Part shown: positions 1 to 8,840 of the stretch, piece after piece
Position numbering within the stretch: the stretch's first letter is position 1
Layout: every line of letters begins with the position of its first letter
Assembly: GCA_963665235.2 (NCBI GenBank)
Contig: CAXXLX010000001.1
Coordinates: forward strand, 3,584,001 to 3,648,000
Source of the DNA: Candidatus Poribacteria bacterium
GTDB lineage: Bacteria; Poribacteria; WGA-4E; WGA-3G
Direction: 5' to 3'
Length of the DNA: 64,000 nucleotides
Notes under the pieces: generated by a model
Told to the model about the DNA's origin: nothing
Database searches by the model: none
What the model saw: only the letters and a program-made list of their open reading frames with translations
Position numbers and translations under genes: made by a program

Positions 1-391
1 GGAGAGCCAATTTCATCAGATGTTGGTGAATTTTATCAAAAATGCAATTGAAGCGATTGATGATTTGGCGTTATTGGATAAACCGTTTCAACCGCCGCGT
101 ATCGAGTGTCATGCCTACAGCAAGGAGGAATTTCTGTATATTGATATTACGGATAACGGGATAGGAATTATGCCTGAAGACGCTGAGCGCATCTTTACCG
201 CGGGATTTACGACCAAGGACCACGGAAGTGGATTAGGGCTGCATTCAAGTGCGAATTTCGTAATCAGTTCCGGCGGGCAAATTGAAGCCCTTAGCGAAGG
301 AAAAGGAAAGGGGACTACAATGCGTATCATGTTACCGCGCGCCTTAATTCAAGCCGGAAGTAGTGAGAATTCAGGGGGAGGTGCTAAATGA
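1..391 (+). CDS. Sensor histidine kinase, C-terminal HATPase domain (5'-truncated by window)
   Basis: N-box NFIKNAIEA, G1 DNGIGI, F-box IFTAGFTTK, G2 GSGLGL; overlaps start of the downstream response regulator. Confidence 0.9.
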   Translation, partial: ESQFHQMLVNFIKNAIEAIDDLALLDKPFQPPRIECHAYSKEEFLYIDITDNGIGIMPEDAERIFTAGFTTKDHGSGLGLHSSANFVISSGGQIEALSEGKGKGTTMRIMLPRALIQAGSSENSGGGAK

Positions 392-2286
392 CCGAACGCA
401 ATACACGTGTTTTAATCGTTGATGACCAACATGAGATTTATACCGATTTTCAGGAGATGTTGAAAGCGAAGAACAAGAAGGTGCTTTCAGACGATTTTGC
501 AGAGACGTTTTTTGCCGAAGAGTCCCAAAATGAGGTGCCGCATCTACCGACGTTTGAACTTTCATACGCTCCAAGTGGCGATGAAGCTTACGCTATGGTG
601 AAAACTGCCAAAGAATCTGGGCATCCATTCGCAGTAGCCTATATCGACATCAGGATGCCGCCGGGCATGGATGGCATTGAAACTATCCGGCGGATAAGAG
701 AATTTGAGCGGGACCTCGAAATCATTATCATGACAGCTTACACCGATAAACCGCTCCCCGAGATTGTCACGAATATGGAGTTACTGCACAAATTGCTCTA
801 TATCCGAAAACCGTTTGCGCGGGAAGAAATTCAGCAGATTACCCACTCCCTCGTTGAAAAGTGGAACATTGAACAAGAAGCGTTAAAACAACAGGAGCAA
901 CTCGCCTTATCAAATCAAAGACTTGAAACTGTCCTTAATGCGTCAGAAGATGCTATCGGACTCTTCGATGGGACGCAGCGGCTCCTGTTCGCAAATGAAC
1001 AGTATTGTGAGCTGTTTGACATCTCAAAAGAGCAGATTCGGCAGATGTCACCAGAAGATCACAGTGCACGCGTCAAGGCACGGTTCCAAAAATTGGAAAG
1101 CCCGGAGGCAATGCACGCCGATCCCTTTGAAAACGGTGAAAATATCCTAGAGACGATTGGAGATACCACTGCCGACAGTCCAGTGCCGGGGCGGTTTTAT
1201 CGCTCAATCCGGCCTGTTGAGGGAAGTGAGCCTGGGGTCACTGGTAAGGTTGTGAGTTATCGGGACATGTCAAAAGATGCTAAGATTCAGCGGATGGAAA
1301 ATGAAATTATGACACTGCGGGCTGAACTTAAAGCTACCTATTCTTTTGATGAAATTATCGGTAAAACCCCAGAGATGAAACGGTTATTCGCGCGAATCCA
1401 ACGGGCAACAGAGGGGGACATCACTGTACTGATTCAAGGGGAAAGTGGTACCGGTAAAGAGTTGGTCGCGAAGTCAATACATTATAATAGCGCACGCAAA
1501 GCCGGGCCATTCGTTGCGATTAATTGTGCTGCTATACCGGAGGCCCTGATTGAAAGTGAACTCTTTGGACATGAGCGGGGTGCTTTCACGGGCGCGCTTG
1601 AACGGCGCATCGGAAAGTTTGAACAAGCTAACACCGGGACGCTGTTTTTAGATGAAATTGGCGATATGCAACCGCCATTGCAAGCGAAATTACTGCGCGT
1701 CCTACAGGACCGGCAGTTTCAGCGTGTCGGCGGAACAGTCAATATCTCCACCGACATTCGTGTGCTGACAGCCACCAACCGAGATTTATCGAACCCTGTT
1801 GAAAAAGACAATTTCCGCGAGGACCTCTATTACCGTATCGCTGCCTTCCTTATTACGATTCCCCCCCTGCGGGAACGGCGTGACGATATTCCAATCTTGG
1901 CGAATTATTTCTTAAAGAAATATGCCGCAACTGCCAAAAAATCGATTACAGCCCTTTCTGCTGAAACCTTAGACGTGTTGAAGCAATACGATTTTCCTGG
2001 CAACGTCCGGGAGCTAGAAAACGCTATTGAAAGTGCTGTCTTGCTCGAAACGACAGAAACGCTGCAACCGGGCAGCCTCCCAAAGCATCTGCTACAAGCG
2101 GATTCACAAAACCTCACAGAATCCGAACCAGATGATACTGACATTTTTACGCTTGACGAAGTTGAACGGAAGACTATTGTTCATGCACTCAAGGTGACAG
2201 ACAATATCTCAAGAGCCGCAGAGGCACTAGGTATCAATAGGTCTACGCTGCATCGGAAATTGAAGAGATATGATATACCCAGCTAA
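388..2286 (+). CDS. Sigma54-dependent response regulator (REC-PAS-AAA+-HTH, NtrC family)
   Basis: VLIVDD and YIDIRMPPGMDG receiver, PAS-like LLFANEQYCELF, GESGTGKE, ESELFGHERGAFTGA, FPGNVRELEN, C-terminal Fis-type HTH. Confidence 0.95.
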   Translation: MTERNTRVLIVDDQHEIYTDFQEMLKAKNKKVLSDDFAETFFAEESQNEVPHLPTFELSYAPSGDEAYAMVKTAKESGHPFAVAYIDIRMPPGMDGIETIRRIREFERDLEIIIMTAYTDKPLPEIVTNMELLHKLLYIRKPFAREEIQQITHSLVEKWNIEQEALKQQEQLALSNQRLETVLNASEDAIGLFDGTQRLLFANEQYCELFDISKEQIRQMSPEDHSARVKARFQKLESPEAMHADPFENGENILETIGDTTADSPVPGRFYRSIRPVEGSEPGVTGKVVSYRDMSKDAKIQRMENEIMTLRAELKATYSFDEIIGKTPEMKRLFARIQRATEGDITVLIQGESGTGKELVAKSIHYNSARKAGPFVAINCAAIPEALIESELFGHERGAFTGALERRIGKFEQANTGTLFLDEIGDMQPPLQAKLLRVLQDRQFQRVGGTVNISTDIRVLTATNRDLSNPVEKDNFREDLYYRIAAFLITIPPLRERRDDIPILANYFLKKYAATAKKSITALSAETLDVLKQYDFPGNVRELENAIESAVLLETTETLQPGSLPKHLLQADSQNLTESEPDDTDIFTLDEVERKTIVHALKVTDNISRAAEALGINRSTLHRKLKRYDIPS

Positions 2287-2316
2287 ATGGTTGAATTGAC
2301 ATAAGGGACGGTCAAA

Positions 2317-2426
2317 TGTTGCAATCTGCTACACTTATTGCATTTTACAACATAACTTGCTATAACCCTTTTACTCTCAACGCTTTCTCCCTATATACAC
2401 TACCGAAACTGTTGCATTTTGAAACA
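2317..2426. promoter_or_regulatory. Putative enhancer array, copy 1 (three imperfect TGTTGCA-N3-TGCAACA palindromes)
   Basis: TGTTGCAATCTGCTACA 2317-2333, TATTGCATTTTACAACA 2336-2352, TGTTGCATTTTGAAACA 2410-2426. Confidence 0.6.
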
Positions 2427-2574
2427 GATTCTTAAAAAACACCTACCGCCAGCCCCTTAATATCGCGAGCACAGCTCGCTCCTACAGAAGAGGGATGTTG
2501 AACAATCACCGAAAAATATGGAGAACTAAATAACCCTACTTTCGGGTATGATTTTTTAGAGGGAGGGCTCTAAC

Positions 2575-3712
2575 GTGCGTAAATTGTGTTCAATTTTAAT
2601 TTTGCTAGTAGCAGTAGTATGCCAAACAGATAGTAGTGCAAACTATCGCCTTTATGATAATGGCACCGGGCATTGTGATTTAAATCCAGATTCTGTGATA
2701 TGCGATATCGGTAAACGCATAGGATTTGTGTCTCACGAGGGTGTAGGTACAACAGGATTTCTGATCGCACCTGATTTGCTTATGTCTTGTGCACATTGTG
2801 CGGCAGGTGACACAATCTCACGAGTTGTGCTAAATGACTTTTTGTCCAACATTATTTCACACAAACAGAACGTTTTGTCCGTGTTTCTCTTATGTTTGGA
2901 CGCTCTTCAGTCCTGTATGGACGATATATTTATAGCGAAGCGTTCCCCCTTTCTCTTTAGTCCCATAGGGACGATATGTTTGTTCGACACCATCCAAATC
3001 TGTGAGAAAAACAAAAACAATCAGTTAACTGACACAAGTCGTAATCTCGCTTGTCATGGAAGGTAACGAGACATTTGCATGGAACGAAGATCATCCGCAT
3101 ACGAAAAAACTGATAGAGTTATCCTCTAATACAGGTGAAGATATCCGCTTGTGGCAGTTACGAGAGCCTATCGGTTTCAAATACGGCTGGTTTTCACTGA
3201 CAAACGTTATTGTGAATTCGAATACAGGTGTGCATGTGGGTCATCCAAATTATCAGCCGAAAACTTATGTAAACCCTGGTGAAATTGGATATGATGCAGA
3301 AAATAGTCCCAAAAGGGTAGGGTGTGCGACATGGGCAGAAGGCGGCAGAAGTGGGTCACCTCTCATAGATTTGGATAGAAACAAAGTGATAGGTGTCGCT
3401 TATTTAGGCGGAAATTATACAACGGCTGCAACTTTTGTCGGGATATGGGATGAGTTGGTAACCCACCTTAATGCCAGCAAGTTAAAATATTTCCCGCAGG
3501 CAGTAGATTTTACCAATATCACAGAGATAACGATCCATGAGGATGCATTACCCTTGAAAATCAAACTGAAGTCTAAAAATAATAACCGTGTTGGCACCGC
3601 ATTGCGATGGCCTACTGGCAACTTCAAATTGGTAGCGAAAAAATGTAAGCGCGCCTTTACAGTGTGCATGAGCTGTCTTTCCAATTTTCTACCCTTCTAC
3701 CTATCCATTTGA
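2575..3712 (+). pseudogene. Secreted trypsin-like serine protease interrupted by a MITE
   Basis: Signal peptide and TGFLI...MSCAHC (His) in ORF 2575-3066; DIRLWQL (Asp) and GGRSGSPL (Ser) in ORF 3056-3712; removing 2820-3048 fuses them in frame. Confidence 0.85.
2820..3042. mobile_element. 223-bp IS982-like MITE with 6-bp target-site duplication AATCTC
   Basis: Ends ACGAGTTGTGCTAAAT / AACTGACACAAGTCGT; AATCTC at 2814-2819 and 3043-3048; ends resemble the IS982-type end at 35769-35784. Confidence 0.8.
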
Positions 3713-3771
3713 CAAAATATTTATACACTTTCCTTACAGCGGGCAATTTTACCGCAACTCGGAAAATATGT

Positions 3772-3879
3772 TGTTGCAATATGCTACACCTATTGTATTT
3801 TACAACAAAACCCGTTGAACCCTTTTACTCTCAACGCTTTTCCCTAATATCCCCCTAAAAACCGTTGCATTTTGAAACA
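3772..3879. promoter_or_regulatory. Putative enhancer array, copy 2, upstream of sigma54 promoter
   Basis: TGTTGCAATATGCTACA 3772-3788, TATTGTATTTTACAACA 3791-3807, CGTTGCATTTTGAAACA 3863-3879; diverged duplicate of 2317-2426. Confidence 0.65.
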
Positions 3880-4002
3880 ACCGCCTAAAAACATCTATCC
3901 CCATTTTTGTAGATATAGATAATTATATATATCCGCTGAAGCCTTGATAGACAAGGCTTTTCAGCAGACTTAATAGCAAATAACAAGCCCGATTTTACTT
4001 GT

Positions 4003-4018
4003 TGGCACGGTTTTTGCA
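4003..4018 (+). promoter_or_regulatory. Sigma54 (-24/-12) promoter
   Basis: TGGCACGGTTTTTGCA, GG-N10-GC consensus, downstream of enhancer array. Confidence 0.85.
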
Positions 4019-4190
4019 CATAGGGTGATTGTGAATATAAATTGATCAATTAACCCGATTATGCAATCCTTCAGATAAAATAGCATAACGGGGAAACCGA
4101 TAAAACTTTCCCAACGAATTGGGTTAATTGGATATTAAAATTTTTTATTAACTTAAACAGTTTTTTAACTTAAAAAGGAGAGTCATTCCA

Positions 4191-6272
4191 ATGAAAATGA
4201 CAAATTTCTATTTTGTTCTCACGTTAACTTTAGTTTTAAGCGTTTGCTTTGTTGTATCACCCTCTCATGCAGGACGTGCTATAGCTTCCGGTAGTGCAGA
4301 TGCCAATTCCGCCTCTGGACAGGTCTATTTGCATCTGTCTGAGGGGGACATGCCTTACGTGACCGGTTTCGGAATGGTCGAAATTGATGTTCAGGATGGA
4401 GACTTTCATATCGTTGAGGGCGAACTTTGGGCAAGCTACGAGGATAGTTTAACCCACAATACGATTTCGGGTGTCGTGGCTGGTACCCCAGCTCAGGTGA
4501 AAATTGTTTTGGCTATGGGTCATATAGGGCATGACCAAACCACAGGCGATACCTTTGAAACGATGTACACGCCATCAGATAATACCGAATCCAATCAACC
4601 CCCCGATAACAATGATTCCAAGGACGAAAATCCACTTGACCCTAACATGATGCGCCCTGGAGATTCCGATGACGAGAATCAGAGTCCTAGCCTGCATCTG
4701 AATAGGGAGAGAAGGGATAGAAACCCCGACGACAATAACCAAAACCCACTTGACCCTAACATGATGCGCCCTGGAGATTCCGATGACGAGAATCAGAGTC
4801 CTAGCCTGCATCTGAATAGGGAGAGAAGGGATGAAAACCCGGATAACAATGACCAAAACCCGTTCGACACTAACATGGCACCGCCTAATAATCGCAACGA
4901 TAACCAAAGTCCGTTGCAAGTCACCCTGAATCCGAATAGCGAGAGAAGGGATGAAAACCCGGATAACAATGACCAAAACCCGTTCGATACTAACATGGCA
5001 CCGCCTAATAATCGCAACGATAACCAAAGTCCGTTGCAAGTCACCCTGAATCCGAATAGCGAGAGAAGGGATGAAAACCCGGATGACAATGACCAAAACC
5101 CGTTCGATACTAACATGGCACCGCCTAATAATCGCAACGATAACCAAAGTCCGTTGCAAGTCACCCTGAATCCGAATAGCGAGAGAAGGGATGAAAACCC
5201 GGATGACAATGACCAAAACCCGTTCGATACTAACATGGCACCGCCTAATAATCGCAACGATAATCAGCCTCCCAGGTTGAATTTGGATAACGAGAGAAGG
5301 GATAGAAACCCGGATAACAATAACCAGAATTCGTTCAACGATCTCATGGCACCGCCTAATCAGGGCAACGATAACGATAATCCGTTGCAAGTCACCCTGA
5401 ATCCGAATGCCGAGACAAAGGATGAAAACCCGGATAACAATAACCAAAACTCATCCAACCCTAACATGGCACCGCCTAATCAGGGCAACGATAACGATAA
5501 TCCGTTGCAAGTCACCCTGAATCCGAATGCCGAGACAAAGGATGAAAACCCGGATAACAATAACCAAAACTCATCCAACCCTAACATGGCACCGCCTAAT
5601 CAGGGCAACGATAACGATAATCCGTTGCAAGTCACCCTGAATCCGAATGCCGAGACAAAGGATGAAAACCCGGATAACAATAACCAAAATCCAGGACCTA
5701 AACCGAACGTCAATAGCGAGACAAAGGATAGAAACCCGGATGACAACAACCAAAACTCATTAAACCGTAGTGGGATGCGCCGTGATGATTCCAATAACGA
5801 GACTCCAGCACTCGGTCCCAACGTCAAAGAGGAGAGAAGGGATAGAGATTCCGGCGATGATAACGAAGATTCATCCGACAATACCAGGAGGCGCTCCAAG
5901 GAGGACGATAACGAAAATCGGGAACGCGGTCCCAACGTCAATGATGAAAAAGTGGTAGATGATGCATGTCGCAACATCGTTGAGTACTTTCAGACCGGCG
6001 AGGGCAAAGCGAAAGCGGTCGATGCAACGGAACGGCTCCTGATGTATGCAGAAAGCATCGCAGCGTCTGAACTTCCGACAAATGCTGAACGGGCCAAGGA
6101 ATATGCTGAGTTTCATGAAGAGTTCGGTAAAGTCCTCACGGAATTCGCTGCAGGCCTTGAACAGGAGGGCGTTTCCGATCAGACGCGCCAACAGTGGGAG
6201 ACCATCGTCCCGTTAGTCAGGCTGGCACAACGCGAATTTAGCCAAAGAGAGGTTGACCCTGAAACCCCATAA
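4191..6272 (+). CDS. Secreted protein with long Asn/Asp/Pro-rich tandem repeat region
   Basis: RBS AAGGAG, signal peptide ending SPSHA, about 11 repeats of 38-40 aa, helical C-terminal domain. Confidence 0.85.
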   Translation: MKMTNFYFVLTLTLVLSVCFVVSPSHAGRAIASGSADANSASGQVYLHLSEGDMPYVTGFGMVEIDVQDGDFHIVEGELWASYEDSLTHNTISGVVAGTPAQVKIVLAMGHIGHDQTTGDTFETMYTPSDNTESNQPPDNNDSKDENPLDPNMMRPGDSDDENQSPSLHLNRERRDRNPDDNNQNPLDPNMMRPGDSDDENQSPSLHLNRERRDENPDNNDQNPFDTNMAPPNNRNDNQSPLQVTLNPNSERRDENPDNNDQNPFDTNMAPPNNRNDNQSPLQVTLNPNSERRDENPDDNDQNPFDTNMAPPNNRNDNQSPLQVTLNPNSERRDENPDDNDQNPFDTNMAPPNNRNDNQPPRLNLDNERRDRNPDNNNQNSFNDLMAPPNQGNDNDNPLQVTLNPNAETKDENPDNNNQNSSNPNMAPPNQGNDNDNPLQVTLNPNAETKDENPDNNNQNSSNPNMAPPNQGNDNDNPLQVTLNPNAETKDENPDNNNQNPGPKPNVNSETKDRNPDDNNQNSLNRSGMRRDDSNNETPALGPNVKEERRDRDSGDDNEDSSDNTRRRSKEDDNENRERGPNVNDEKVVDDACRNIVEYFQTGEGKAKAVDATERLLMYAESIAASELPTNAERAKEYAEFHEEFGKVLTEFAAGLEQEGVSDQTRQQWETIVPLVRLAQREFSQREVDPETP
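4629..5880 (+). repeat. Intragenic tandem repeats (2x114 bp, then two blocks of 120-bp units)
   Basis: ccacttgaccc at 4632 and 4746 (114 bp); cgttcga at 4861/4981/5101/5221; atccgaatgccgagacaaag at 5401/5521/5641. Confidence 0.95.
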
Positions 6273-6284
6273 CCGTTGGAAACA

Positions 6285-6323
6285 TGTAGGGCGGGTTTTG
6301 ACATCCGCCCTGCACGCTTTTTT
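6285..6323 (+). terminator. REP-like hairpin / probable intrinsic terminator
   Basis: TGTAGGGCGG...CCGCCCTGCA stem followed by TTTTTT. Confidence 0.55.
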
Positions 6324-6354
6324 ACTCAAACAATTCAACCCTAAGCACAAAGAG

Positions 6355-6413
6355 AAAGGAGCGGGCATTCCTCACCGCCTTAAAGGGACACGGTTTCCTG
6401 CCCGAACGTTTTG
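6355..6413 (+). mobile_element. Orphan IS200/IS605 (IscB/IsrB-type) element end
   Basis: Same architecture as 16072-16128: AAAGG..CGG-stem-TTCCTC-hairpin(TAAA)-GTTTCC-stem-CCGAA..TTG followed by ATGA. Confidence 0.6.
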
Positions 6414-7445
6414 ATGAACAAGCAAAAAATATTTCTATCTTTCCTAATATTTTGCATTTTCGGGGCAATCTTAACGCTAATGTGGCCTCGAGCGGAAAAA
6501 CAGGACGAAAAACCTGCTATCTCCGAGGTTGTACCTACCCCGAAAGAGCTATCGGAACGTGTCCAACGTGCCGATTCTTCTGGTCAAAAGCAACCCGTTG
6601 ATGTTTGGGAGAGCTGGGTACATGAACGGACTGAGGCAATGCTTCAGTATCTACAAAACAATTCTGAAAGTCAAGGTATCCTGTCGGGCTCTCTTGATGC
6701 GGACCTGCTTGCACAACTGCGGAAATCCTTTTTATCGGAAAACCTTGCCTTTGCCGAAGTGCTGCAGCAAACTACGGATACCCCGCCACCGGTTGACATC
6801 GGTTTCAGTGAGCTTTTCCCAGGTGAGGACTATAGTGCTGAGGACGACAGTGTTGAGGACTATAGGTATAAGGGGCCGCAGGAGGTGGAAGCACTCCTTG
6901 AGACGTTTGGACACAGGGCTGCAGATCCGCTCCTTGATGCGAAGTATCCGCAGGAGGAGTGGCTTCAGCGTACCCTTGCACAAGGTTACACTATAGATAG
7001 TTGGGAAGATTATGCGGGTTTTCTAACAGCACGACGTAATCTCGTCGGTTTGGAAAACGCACCCGACGTGTGGAACTCCGGACGATTAGGCATTTCGCCA
7101 ACCTCGGATTTTGAGACGTATAAAGCAGCGTATATGGACAGGAAAATCTGGGAATATGCGCAGCTGAAGGACGCAAAACAGATTGACTCCCGAGTAAATG
7201 GTGGTTTCTTTAAAGACGATGGAACTTTCCTCCCATTTGCACCACAGCGGGTTTATGTTGAAAGGGTAGGGGCCAGTGCAGCGTTTATCGGTACATCCCT
7301 CTCTGACAGACAGAAATTTGATTTATTGACGCGCGGTGTCAGTCCAGAGGGTTATGAGATTATTTATATCGATAAAGATGGCACACGGCTTTCAGGACCG
7401 CCGCCGCTGCTTTCTCGGCAGGAGCTTCTCACTAATAACGACTGA
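6414..7445 (+). CDS. Hypothetical membrane-anchored protein (N-terminal TM)
   Basis: Hydrophobic N-terminus IFLSFLIFCIFGAILTLMW; C-terminus resembles that of 48406-49161. Confidence 0.8.
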   Translation: MNKQKIFLSFLIFCIFGAILTLMWPRAEKQDEKPAISEVVPTPKELSERVQRADSSGQKQPVDVWESWVHERTEAMLQYLQNNSESQGILSGSLDADLLAQLRKSFLSENLAFAEVLQQTTDTPPPVDIGFSELFPGEDYSAEDDSVEDYRYKGPQEVEALLETFGHRAADPLLDAKYPQEEWLQRTLAQGYTIDSWEDYAGFLTARRNLVGLENAPDVWNSGRLGISPTSDFETYKAAYMDRKIWEYAQLKDAKQIDSRVNGGFFKDDGTFLPFAPQRVYVERVGASAAFIGTSLSDRQKFDLLTRGVSPEGYEIIYIDKDGTRLSGPPPLLSRQELLTNND

Positions 7446-7509
7446 GTATCTTGAGGGCCTGCAACGTCCCCTATTGTTTGTACACATTTCCACCCTCCAC
7501 CCGTTTGTA

Positions 7510-8772
7510 GGCGCGCTTTGATGAAGATTAAGAAATTAATTCGGTAATTTCTGTTTTTATGTTATCCTATTGTCCCAGGAGGTATTGTCTTATGTCAAAA
7601 CGCCATGAACTTGAACTCAGTAAAGATGAACGCCAAAGACTGATTGAACTCCGCGATACAGGGGAACCCGCTTATCTTCGGGAACGTGCGGCTGCCCTGC
7701 TAAAGATAGCCGCGGGAACTTCTCCACACAAAGTCGCCCTCAAAGGGCTGCTAAAGAAGCGAGATCCGGACACTGTTTATGCCTGGCTTCGCCGATACCA
7801 AGAAGAGGGCATTCAAGGATTGTTTCATAGACCGGGCCGTGGCCGCAAACCCGCGTTCGCCCCCAAATCCCCCGAAGAAGCAGAAACCGAGGCGTTGACG
7901 GCTATAGGACAAGACCCGGGACAAGTCAAGGCACATCAAACGCGCTGGACGCTTCGCACGGTTGGCGAGGTTGTGCCGTGGCTTGCTAATATCTCTGTGC
8001 CGGGTATCCATCAAATCTTCTCACGCCTGGGCATCAGCTATAAGCGTGCTAGACTGTATTTGCAGAGTCCGGATACAGACTATGCCAAGAAAATCGAACG
8101 GATACAGCAAGTTTTAGAAGAGACCCATCAAAACCCACAGAACACGGCTGTGCTTTATCAAGATGAGTTCTCATTTTACCGAAACCCCACTATAGCAAAA
8201 GACTGGGCACAGACAGGGACAAAAACGCCATTAGCCCATCAGAGTTATCAATCGGATAAAACTATTTATGGTATCGGTGCTATGAACCCCCATACAGGAG
8301 ACGTTGTTTATCAGCAAGTGCCAAGCTGCACAGTTGTAGCCCTCCATACATTTTATACCGAGATTTGCCAACGCTATCCCGACAAGCAACGGATTTATCT
8401 TATCCAAGATAATCGGGCGATACATTTTCACGCCAATTTGATGGAGGCACTGCTGCCGCAATCGGTCTCCTTTGTGAAACCGACCCCGCCGAATTGGACC
8501 GGAAAACTTTCCGAGAAAATCGGTGAACTGACAAAACTCCCGATTGAAATAGTGCAGCTGCCGACTTATGCGCCGTGGACAAATCCGATTGAGAAGTTAT
8601 GGCGATGGGTGCGGCAATCGGTTCTGCATATCCATCGCCTCTGCGATGAGTGGGAGACCCTCAAAGACAAGGTGCTTGACTTTATGACACAGTTTAGAGG
8701 CGGCTCACAAGCATTGCTACGCTATGTCGGATTATTACCGAATTAATAAATTAATCTTCATGAAAGCACGCC
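7510..8772 (+). mobile_element. IS630-family insertion sequence
   Basis: About 39-bp imperfect TIRs GGCGCGCTTTGATGAAGATTAAGAAATTAATTCGGTAAT / ATTACCGAATTAATAAATTAATCTTCATGAAAGCACGCC; TA duplicated at 7508-7509 and 8773-8774. Confidence 0.9.
7592..8746 (+). CDS. IS630-family transposase
   Basis: HTH N-terminus, DDE motifs YQDE, IQDN, PWTNPIEKLW; GGAGG RBS before ATG 7592. Confidence 0.92.
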   Translation: MSKRHELELSKDERQRLIELRDTGEPAYLRERAAALLKIAAGTSPHKVALKGLLKKRDPDTVYAWLRRYQEEGIQGLFHRPGRGRKPAFAPKSPEEAETEALTAIGQDPGQVKAHQTRWTLRTVGEVVPWLANISVPGIHQIFSRLGISYKRARLYLQSPDTDYAKKIERIQQVLEETHQNPQNTAVLYQDEFSFYRNPTIAKDWAQTGTKTPLAHQSYQSDKTIYGIGAMNPHTGDVVYQQVPSCTVVALHTFYTEICQRYPDKQRIYLIQDNRAIHFHANLMEALLPQSVSFVKPTPPNWTGKLSEKIGELTKLPIEIVQLPTYAPWTNPIEKLWRWVRQSVLHIHRLCDEWETLKDKVLDFMTQFRGGSQALLRYVGLLPN

Positions 8773-8840
8773 TACATCGGTTTTTTACACTCCATCAAAA
8801 GACGGTCTCGATTAGGAGCTCGTTCCTAACCAACCCACCC

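Noticed and set aside
4629-5880. Regularly spaced repeats as a possible CRISPR array
   Set aside because: Units are 114-120 bp, multiples of three, lack unique spacers, lie in an open frame, and no cas genes are present
4575-5977. Long antisense ORFs (4575-5447, 4793-5257, 5600-5977)
   Set aside because: Shadow frames created by the biased repeat sequence of the plus-strand gene
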